64,000 bases of DNA, taken from Eledone cirrhosa (lineage: Eukaryota). Position numbers and translations under genes: made by a program. The stretch spans positions 87,544,001-87,608,000 of the forward strand of contig OZ024744.1 of the NCBI GenBank assembly GCA_964016885.1, given 5' to 3'. The notes under the pieces are model-generated. The model ran no database searches. It was given only the letters and a program-made list of their open reading frames with translations, and had not been told where the DNA came from. Of this stretch, positions 54,473 to 64,000 are shown in pieces (the stretch's first letter is position 1; every line of letters begins with the position of its first letter).

Positions 54473-56319
54473 TTACCTTTTCGTTTCTTGGAGGTCGGGT
54501 TGTTCATTCTCCATATCTAGATTGGGCGTGTTTGGGGAGGAAGCGAATCCTTTTAGCAGGACACGGTTAAGGGGTTTTGGCAAGGGGGGCCCACATCATG
54601 TGGGAAGTTCCTGTTTAAAGTTTCGTACTGTAGGGTTGTTACCCTGATAAGTTTGAGGTTTGGGGGTGGGTCGTTGGTGGGGAAGGTTTTCCCTTCCGTT
54701 TGTATTGTGGAGTCCTTTCGGACAGTTTCCACCAGTTCTTTGTTTCTTGTTTTTATGTATGTGTAATGTGTTTTGTTTTTTATGTGTACTGTTTCTGTTT
54801 GTAGTTTTCTTATTGTGATTGGGGTTTGTGATTGTGGTGGTGTGGGTGTTTGTTTTGTTGGTGAAGTGTTTGGTTGTGTTGTTGGTGTGGTTGTCGTTTG
54901 TGGCGGTATGTTTATGTCAGTCTTGGGTGTGTGCGTGTTTTCAGTTGATGTTTTTGTTGTATTTTTTTCTGTGTCTTTTTTGCTTCTTGGATTTTTGGGG
55001 TTCCTCTTCATCCTCACTTGGAGATGTAGAGGTTTCCGTGTCTGAGGTGTTATTATTGTGGGTAGGTGGGAGGGGTATGTTGTGTTGTGATGGAGTGTTT
55101 GTGTGTGTGTTTGTGGGAGTGTTGGGCAGATGGGAAAGGGGTAGGACAGAGTCCTTCAGGGAATTTTTGGTGTGATGTCCTTTGTGGTTTGTGATAGTTG
55201 GGTGAATGTTGATGGTTTGGGGGTTGTGTTTTTTTTTTGTTTTCGGGTGTGTCTGTTGTAGTTTTGGGGTTGGCAACAACGCCTTCCTTTGTTTTTCCAC
55301 ATCCAGCATTGGGCAAAATGCTTTTAAATGTGTGTTGTTTCCACATTTGAAACATTGTGGTCTTTTGCCCTCCACTGCCATGTGGACAACATGGTTATCA
55401 TCCACCGGCACCCTTTCCGGTATTTTTTTAATCCTCTCCTGTTTTATTTGAACCAAAAGTTCCATTGAGGTCCCATTCAAGTTCTGTCGGATTGATTTTT
55501 TTTACAGAGAGGAGGTTGTCTTCACCCTCCTCCAAAAGAACCACCCAGGATCCACCAAATGTTGGTGTTCGGTGGGATGTGGTAGATCCTTATGTTATGG
55601 GTTCTTCTTCCCATGTAGGTTGGGAAGAAGATCTGTTGGCTCGTTCTAATTAGAGCCACCGAATATTTCTGGACGAGGGCCTGGCTTTTAAAGAGCACCG
55701 ACATGCTCCCGTACTGCTTGGCCCTCTGGAGGTAAGCAATGTCTGGCATTGCCTCTTTTAGCGCGGTTTCCACTGTGATATTGCTTAAAGCCATCGGTTT
55801 CTTGGTCTGTGAGCAGATTGTCCGGAAGAAAATTGTTTTTCTTAAGGTCGCGGCCCTAATTTCCGGTGGTGTACTTATTCGAAAGCCGTTACCTTCGAAA
55901 GTTATATGTTGCGTAGCGTCCTTTAGGTGCTGCGCTAGATTTAACAGATCTATTTCTAGAAAATCTGTCACTTTGGCAAGGCTTTTTGCGAACGCTTTTT
56001 TTTTTGTGTGCGTGTTTGGTTGTTTTCGCTTGTGCTGGTGTTGTTGCTTTTGTTGTTCTTGTTATTGTTGTTGTCTTCGTTGTTGTTAGTGTTGTTTTCG
56101 TTCATAGCATTGTTGTTGTTGTTGTTGTTGCTGGTGGTGCCGCTTGTTTCACACTTTTGGTTTGTTGCCATGGCAACGTCAAGTTGTCCGTCAGCAGTTA
56201 AAGAAAATCCTACCTCTGTCTGAGACATCTGCTACTATGACAGTGGAAGGGGTAGGCTGTAAGCATATCTTCCCTTTTCCCCCTTCAAATGTTGGTGAAG
56301 AAGCTGTTGCTTCAGCCAT
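54473..56319 (-). pseudogene. Element B ORF1 (CCHC knuckle), frameshifted
   Basis: ATG at 56319 (MAEATAS); CFKCGNNTHLKAFC; ends MENEQPDLQETKR*. Confidence 0.85.
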
Positions 56320-56587
56320 TGTTTTAAAACGTTAGTTTTTCCAAAATTTTTTTTCATGAACTATGTCACCTAAAGGCGTAAAATATTTTGAGAGATTGAC
56401 CCGATCAAAATTTGACCTGGCAGTCCCTCTACAAATTGGTATAAAAATGAAGGCTCACAGTCAAGAATTTCACACGTGTGACCATCCCAGAGATAGATAG
56501 ATAGATAGATAAATAACCATGCCCAAGAGAATTAAAGTGTAAGCGCCGTTCAATTGATAACATTCAAACGATGAAGACAACATATTA

Positions 56588-57047
56588 AGTAGAAAATCAA
56601 ACTTTCCAGTTGGTCTTCCTGTTTCTTCTACAGGAACTACAACGGTACACGATGGGGCCCACCCACAGCCCCGCGGACAGAATGGAGAAGGCGTTTCCCC
56701 GGATGACGGCAAGGGAGACGCGCTGGAAAAGCCACTCCAACTCGCGGGGCTCACACCTGCGGCTGGCCAACTCAGCGCCTATGGTGGTGAGTAAGGAGGT
56801 ATCCCTGTGCCCGAGGACACCAGAAGTCTCCACTACCAGGGGTACGACCGCAAACCTGTCGGAGAGCGACCGGTATTTGAGGCCCCCCTCAGCCCGACGA
56901 GCAGCAGAACCTGGGTCAGTCGCAGACCGCACCAGGATGCGGATGCAGAAAGTGTAGGTGCAAGTGGCACCCCAGTCGAGGGGTTTGCCACCGCGGAACG
57001 GGATGAATGTCATGCCATCTGGCCTTTTGCCGTCCCTTCGATCCAAT
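56588..57047 (-). mobile_element. CRE-clade retrotransposon 3' fragment (RLE domain), second copy
   Basis: LDRRDGKRPDGMTFIPFRGGKPLDWGATC..VETSGVLG..WLFQRVSLAVIRGNA; homologous to 38966-39405. Confidence 0.87.
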
Positions 57048-57078
57048 GGTGATTCGGACTTGACCAATTGAATGGCTG

Positions 57079-57181
<103 letters not shown>

Positions 57182-57764
57182 CGTGTGTGCGCGCATGTGT
57201 GTATTAATGAGTGTTTCTTGTATAGGTGTGTTTATTTATTGTTTATTTTTCATTGCAGCTTTTAGTTTAACCGTAAGCTCTCTCACAGTATCGCTCTCTT
57301 TCCTTTACTTGTACATACTCTCACTCACTCTCCCTCTCTTTTCTCTCTGTATTCTCTCTATGTTCTCTCTCTGACAGAGAGAGAGATATATAAACACCAC
57401 AATTGGTTTTACACACTTACTTTCAGAAACATACGCATGTGAGCGTGTTCAGGCGCTAAATAACAACAGCCATAACAACAAGTGTTATGTAAACCCAGAA
57501 TCGTTCTAGCAATGCTTTGTCTAGCTACGAATCAAATCTCGACGAGGTATAGGATTGTAACTGGAAGAATCATAACATAATTAAGTACCCTTACGTAGTT
57601 TAACAGGCTCTCGACAATCGTCAAAACATCGGCTACTGTGAAGAGAAAGAAGTGTGCAGAGATACAATTCTAAGAAAGAATGTTTTCCATTTCGTCTAGC
57701 TGAATATAATCAAATGTTAGTGCATCTATATCTAAAAGAAATGGTAAAAAATTTCTTAAATTAT

Positions 57765-58001
57765 AGAAGAAGAAGAAGAAGAAGAAGAAGAAGAAGAAGA
57801 AGAAGAAGAAGAAGAAGAAGAAGAAGAAGAAGAAGAAGAAGAAGAAGAAGAAGAAGAAGAAGAAGAAGAAGAAGAAGAAGAAGAAGAAGAAGAAGAAGAA
57901 GAAGAAGAAGAAGAAGAAGAAGAAGAAGAAGAAGAAGAAGAAGAAGAAGAAGAAGAAGAAGAAGAAGAAGAAGAAGAAGAAGAAGAAGAAGAAGAAGAAG
58001 A
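57765..58001. repeat. Long uninterrupted (GAA)n tract (~235 bp)
   Basis: Direct inspection. Confidence 0.97.
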
Positions 58002-58489
58002 CACTACATTTATACAAATGCAAAATCTTCATTCCAAAATTCTTAATACAACTATTAATTCAATGACTGTTTCCTTCTTTTACATAGCTATTTACCTAGA
58101 GTTGCGTCCGATAGATAGTATTAGCAATTGGAAAGAACAACGGAAACATTGTTTCCTCGGTCCGATTTCTCGAAAAGACGATCGACTGTTCCTTATCAGT
58201 ATACAAAATTGTTCTTTTTTCTTGTTCTTAAAACAAGATAAATCTAATTAACGCTTTATACTAACACGTTCATATTTCAATTCTATGAGTCATCCACATG
58301 TTTCCAGTTCATTATTCAGTCCAGTGCAAAACACTTAATCATTTCTCTTTCATTTTAATTCTATGGTCTGACGTTTCCTTGAACAGGGCTGATCTTGGGC
58401 TGAAGAAACAATAGCAGAAAGAACATCGTATTTTATAATCGTTTTATTTCAACTTACAGTGCAAAACCACATAAACCATATTTCAATTG

Positions 58490-58952
58490 GTCTTCTTCTA
58501 CTTCTTCTTCTTCGCCCAGTTATTCCTGAGAGAGTCATGAAGAGCAGAGTCCTGAAACACTCCTTCCAGTGAATCTTATCAGAAGCAACCGTCTCCAAGT
58601 GAACCGGCTGGATCCCTAAGCGTAACCAGCCAATCTCATGGATGTTATCCAACCATCTTGCTCGGGGTCTACCAATAGGTCTCCTGCCAGCTGGTTTTAC
58701 TCGTAAAATCTGTCGAGCGATTCTTTCTTAAAACATTCTAACCACATGTCCATAGTATCAGAGCTGTGATCTCTCAATTCAGAGAAGTAGCGGCTCTACC
58801 TGGAGTGACACTCTGATCTCCGAGCTACGTACTCTATCGAGTAACGTTACTCCAAAGACCCTTCGGAGGAATCCCATTTCGACCGCTTGTATTCGTGATC
58901 ATATTCTTTCGGTCATTACCCGAGATTCATGAGGATAGGCAAAGATTGGCAT
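58490..58952 (-). mobile_element. RTE-clade LINE 3' fragment with a (GAA)-like tail
   Basis: VMTERI*SRIQAVEMGFLRRVFGVTLLDRVRSSEIR..YYGHVVRM..RPIGRPRARWLDNI. Confidence 0.85.
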
Positions 58953-59503
58953 TTAAATTGATATTTAAATATATACACGAGCTTTTATATTTATTTTTTA
59001 TTTTTTATATTGTTGTTTTCTTTTTCGACTGAGGAACATCAGTACCAGTTACAATACATGAATTCAAGAGAAATCTTTTACGAGAAAAATATTCGAAAAC
59101 GGCAAAATACCAAACGTTTTTGAAGGAGGAGGAAACTTGTCAGACAATTGTAATCTCAGATTTTCAGACAGCTTTGCGCATCCACTTTAAAATTGACAAC
59201 CACCTTAGGTTGTAATGTCTTTTCTCAAAACTTTCCTAGATTGTTGGCGGCATCGGCACCATGTATTTCTTCTTTTTTCTTTTTTTCCCCCCTTCATCTG
59301 ATTTCTTTCCTAATTGAGATTTCTTGCCTCCTTCATTTTCATTTTATATTATTTTATTTATTTTAATTTATTTCATTTTATTTTATTTTTACTGATCTTG
59401 ATTTTCATCTCACACTATCAACAATTTCGAGAGAAATTTTTGGACTTATATGCATATATGTATAAATGTATACATACACACCTCGGGTGCGCACATATGT
59501 ATG

Positions 59504-59569
<66 letters not shown>

Positions 59570-59574
59570 TATAA

Positions 59575-59609
<35 letters not shown>

Positions 59610-60095
59610 CGTTTATGTGTCTGCGTATGTGTGTTTGCGTGTCTGTGTCTGTTTGTGTGTGTGTCTGTGTATGTATTTTCTGAATGAGACCACCCACGTT
59701 TGCATTCCAATTCCATCAGATCACATCCTGCAGGTTTAGATATATCTTCCAACTCCTCTATTCATCATACAGCGTCAGCAATATATTCATAGACATCACT
59801 AACTAATACATACTCCGCCATTACGACCACCACCAACCACGACAACAACAACAAAAACGAAAACAACATTACTCCAATCAGTATCACTGTCACCATCATA
59901 ACTACTTGCTATCCAAATACCTCATCTTACCACAAGTAACACAGCATAACACAACAGAACATAGCATAACCACCATTAACGATGACAAGAAGCCGACATT
60001 GACAAGGCTATATCAACCTATTTGAACATACTATAACATGTTTTGAAAACAAAGAAAAAAGAAAAAAAACACGAATCCATAGTATCAAACTAACC

Positions 60096-60640
60096 ATGGA
60101 GTTTGAGGCAATCCAACGAAGCCACACCAAGAGGATTGCCACGATGAAGAAGATAAGCTACTGGGAGAGGCTAAAAGAACTGAAAATCTACTCCTTGGAA
60201 CGAAGATGGGAGAGATACGCAGTGATATACATATGGAAAATCCTGGAAGGACTAGCACCAAACTTTGGCGTTGAGAGCTGGACCAACCCCAGAACAGGGC
60301 ATCACTGTATGGTGCCAAAAGTCCCGTCTTTCAAATCTAGAATAAGGAGCATATATTGCAATAGCCTGCGGCTCAAGAGCCTTCTATACTTCAACAAATT
60401 GCCGAGGAATTTGAGAGATCTGCATGGGGTGGAAGTGGCTATTTTCAAGAAACATCTCGACACCCTGCTATCCAGGATCCCGGATGAACCCACACCACAC
60501 TACGAAGGTAACCTAAGGGCAGTAGTAACAAACTCCCTCTTACACTAATGGCCAGCCAACACAGGCTGGAGATAGAATGTGTAGCAACAAGGACGGTGCC
60601 ACGGCATGGCCTCAGGTAAAATAGTAAAAAAGTATAAGTA
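60096..60640 (+). mobile_element. CR1-group LINE 3' fragment
   Basis: EAIQRSHTKRI..SYWERLKELKIYSLERR..IYIWKILEG..FNKLP..FKKHLDTLLSRIPDEP. Confidence 0.82.
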
Positions 60641-60891
60641 TAAATAAAATGACGTCCACATAAAACAATGGAGTCCCTGACTTAGTAAAGGCAACTTGCA
60701 ACTTGCAAGTTTTATTTTTTTTCTTATCTGAGTTGACGCGAGGTTAAACATCATCATCATCATCATCATCATCATCAACAATAATGACAACATGTGATAT
60801 ATCATGATTGAACTCTCTAATACTCTCTCTTTATAAAATTCGCCAGGCAACTTCGCAGACGGATAATATAGAATACCACAACACACACACG

Positions 60892-60986
<95 letters not shown>

Positions 60987-61002
60987 TATATTTATATATA
61001 TA

Positions 61003-61200
61003 GTTATACTTTGGGAAGGTCATGCTGCCAATAAAATCACACGCACTGTAGGATTCACTTCAATTTATTATAAGTTTCCGGTTGTTTGGTTGGTTCGATA
61101 ATTGGAAGGTTGTTTATATATTGTCATAGCTCTTTCGTGTGTTTTTATTGGCAGCATGACACACCCAAAGTATAACAATATCTGTTTCAACACACCTTTC
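61003..61200. mobile_element. Repeat family F5 diverged foldback copy, turning at ~61138 inside hammerhead stem II
   Basis: ...ttgtcatagctctttcgtg|tgtttttattggcagcatgac..cccaaagtataacaatat. Confidence 0.8.
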
Positions 61201-61252
61201 CAGATGGGAAATCTACCAAAATAAATATATGTATATATATATATACATATAC

Positions 61253-62039
61253 ATCAATAAACAGGAGAGTTTTGGGGAAGTTTTTGGCTTTTACGCCTTC
61301 CAAGATACGCCGAATAGTAAGTATTTGCCCTGATATTGATCTGTTGGTGCGGAATCCATTTTGTTTTTTTCTCACCAAGGGGCCAATGACAGGTCTTATT
61401 CCGTCAAACAGCATGAGATTGTATATCTTTGCGGCAATTGCCATTAGTGTTATGCCACGGTAGTTTTTAGCCATTCCAAGATCGCCCTTTTTGGGAAACG
61501 GGAGTATGCATCCCTCAGTCCATTTGTCTATGGGGTCTTGATTATAGACACCATAACACAACTCTAGTAGGATTGGGTGAAATTCAGGTACCTTCCACAC
61601 TTCAGCTGCGATCTCGTCGAGTCGGCACGCTTTTCCGTTACCAATAATTTTCACTGCCTTCTGTAGTTCCTCCATAGTGAAAGGACCTTTCTGTATTTGG
61701 TGTACCTCTGTAAAAACGGGTATTATTTCTTCTTCGATGATCTGTGGGTCTTTGCCAAGTAGGTTCTGAAACTGTTGTTGTCACAGTTTTAAACGTTCGT
61801 CTTGGCTGGAGGCATTCAGTTTGGCTCTGTCACTACTTTTTCTGCCACTAATTTCATTGACAGTTTTCCAGGCTTCAGCAGACTTCTTATTGCTGACAGT
61901 ACTCGAGATATGATTGATCTTTCTCTGCATGTGTTCGGTTTGCTCAATTTCATACTCACTTTTCAGTGCTGTACAAGCATCATTGAAGTTACTAATGTTT
62001 TCTGGAGATCGTTGAGTGTCTTTCAATTCTGCAGCTCTA
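61253..62039 (-). mobile_element. RTE-clade LINE, inverted 5' segment (pre-RT region to RT domain 3)
   Basis: AWKTVNEISGRK..KACRLDEI..ILPFPKKGDL..NYRGITL..QNGFRTNRS..QILTIRRILEG..LLFID. Confidence 0.9.
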
Positions 62040-62893
62040 TGTATTGAGAAAAGCCCTGGACGAAAACTTAGAGCTTGGTTTCACTCTCAGAAATCAAAAG
62101 TGTAGACGCCATGCAGCTCAGAAAATCACCGATGCTGACTATGCGGATGATTTAGCGGTCCTCGCTGACAACCTTAAGGATGCAACATCACTACTTCACA
62201 GCATCGAATCAGTTGCAGAGAAAATCGGACTCTATGTCAACGCAGGCAAAACAGAATATATTTGCCTGAACTAAGACTCCTCAGTTGGTATGCGAAGTCT
62301 AAACGACGATACAATTAAGCAAGTTGACGACTTCAAATACCTGGGTAGCTATATCGCCTCACAGAACATGATGTTAACATCAGACTGGGAAAGCCTGGGG
62401 AGCATTGAAAGCAATGTAAAAGATATGGAAATCAAACCTGCCGGCAAAGCTGAAAAGGAATCTCTTCTGAGCTGCTGTGTTATTTGTGCTTGTTTATGGC
62501 CCTATCACTTGGAGGCTAACGTCGAAACTGGAGAAAAAGCTAGGCGGGGCATACACACGTATGCTCCGCGCTTCTTTAAACGTGTCTTGGAGGGAACACC
62601 CAACAAATAAGGATCTCTATGGCAATATATCACCTATCAGCAGGTCAATACGTGGACAGAGACTCAAATTTGCTGGCCACTGTTGGTGCAGCAAGGAAGA
62701 AGAAGCAGGTGATATGTTGTTATGGAGTCCATCTCATGGAGCAAGAAACGCTGGTCGTCCCAAGAAGACATACGTCAAGCAACTTGAGGACGATGCTGGA
62801 TGCACTGCGGAAGAACTGGCAAACGCTATGAGAGACAGAGATGGATGGAGGAAACGTGTCGTAGAAAGTCGAGCAAGCTCGACCTGATGATGA
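62040..62893 (+). mobile_element. RTE-clade LINE, 3' segment (YADD region to the 3' end, (TGA)n tail)
   Basis: VLRKAL..ITDADYADDLA..GLYVNAGKTEY..DFKYLGS..YTRMLR..LKFAGHC..GRPKKTY..MRDRDGWR. Confidence 0.9.
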
Positions 62894-63806
62894 TATATAT
62901 ATTGCCGTTACCATAACTCGGAATCGGTGAGCCATTCCGGAATCAAATGCAGTCTTTTATTTTCTACTTTCTAATCTCTGCTTGTTTTTGCAAAAATCCT
63001 GTTCTCTTATATAACTGATGCTGCAATTAACACCTGAGGAAATCGACTTGGTCTTGCATCATACTCGGATAATGAAGCTGGGCTATTGAAATATATATAA
63101 TGTTCTCATTGAATTAAATTATGAAGTTTCCTGTCTGATCTTCTGTTGATTTTAATGAATATTTTATTTCGTTCCTGCACCAACCATTGGATATCACATC
63201 TACGATGGGTAATTTGCATAACGTTGAGTGCTTTAATTTATTGCATCATCGTTTACTAATCGGAATCACCAGTTCCATCCATTGGTTAATAATGTAACAT
63301 AAATGGTATATGTGCATATTTATATATCTATTTATTTATACGCGCATATATATATACAGACACACATATATATATATAAAGAAAAATGATATATCGTCCA
63401 GGTGTGTGAACGACATCCCATCTCTCTATCTCTCTAAGATTATCAATTAAAACAGAAGGGCTTCAACGATAACAAGGCCAATCTTTTATTAAATGATTCA
63501 TTTAACAAAACACAACCTAATAATTACATTCATAGGACATACCCTGCAAGCTAAACGGCAATGGCTTAATTCTTACATTCAAGAAGAGATATGAAAATCT
63601 CTTGGTCAAAAAACAGGCACTTCCACAAAGCACATCCACGTGGCAGGACAAAGGCGACTGGAATTTAAAACCAAATCTCTTGAGTTTTACATTGGCGTCT
63701 CTTCTTTTAGAGAACGCCGAGATAAGGGAAGTAATTCGCTATTTTTTTGTGTTACCCACAGGTGGCGACACTGCGTTGCTATAGTCAAAACACTGTCGCC
63801 ATAGTT

Positions 63807-63848
<42 letters not shown>

Positions 63849-64000
63849 AAGAATGAAGAGTAACATGTTTGGCTGTACAATAAGGGCATTATTTAAAGTA
63901 CTGACAATTGTTTCGTTGATCAGGTGAGTCTAGAGTTCGCTAATCGCCTGCATAACTATGGAAGCATCTTGTTGTGTCAAACAAAGCCGTACGTTAAAAC

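Larger units (their letters stand above)
50945..56489 (-). mobile_element. Near-full-length decayed Tx1/L1-clade LINE, element B (~5.5 kb)
   Basis: Same architecture as element A; (GATA)n at 56490-56510 and tagatagata at 50932-50942. Confidence 0.95.

Noticed and set aside
42586-56489. Active LINEs, or one giant inverted duplication
   Set aside because: Both long copies have multiple stops and frameshifts, and elements A and B are diverged subfamilies, so they are independent insertions.
57654-58046. Poly-Arg, poly-Phe and poly-Ser ORFs
   Set aside because: Translations of the (GAA)n tract.
63690-63810. Small hairpins ggcgtctct/agagaacgcc and tggcgaca/tgtcgcca as element termini
   Set aside because: Short stems with no TSD or second copy in the window.

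Overview
AT-rich, microsatellite-saturated animal DNA that is intergenic or intronic. It is most likely an octopod cephalopod, inferred from tRNA-derived SINEs that resemble Octopus OK/OR families as I remember them (no search run). No host protein-coding gene is recognisable, and most track ORFs are microsatellite artefacts or antisense frames of transposons. Contents: (i) two convergent clusters of Tx1/L1-clade LINEs at 41-56.5 kb, including two near-full-length decayed copies, sitting in (TCTA)n tracts in a fixed orientation, plus an older copy at 26-28 kb; (ii) Penelope-like element (PLE) remnants with RT/GIY-YIG; (iii) several short non-coding repeat families inserted in (TA)n that carry minimal type-I hammerhead ribozyme motifs and often fold back at or beside the ribozyme, one being a circularly permuted ~425-nt retrozyme-like monomer; (iv) tRNA-SINEs, CRE, RTE and CR1-group fragments, a Chapaev3-like fossil, a hAT MITE and a Helitron-like repeat. 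The best candidate novel system is the hammerhead-bearing foldback/retrozyme set; second is the (TCTA)n-targeting Tx1 lineage with a conserved ORF1/ORF2 hairpin. All alignments and folds were done by eye, and boundaries are approximate.
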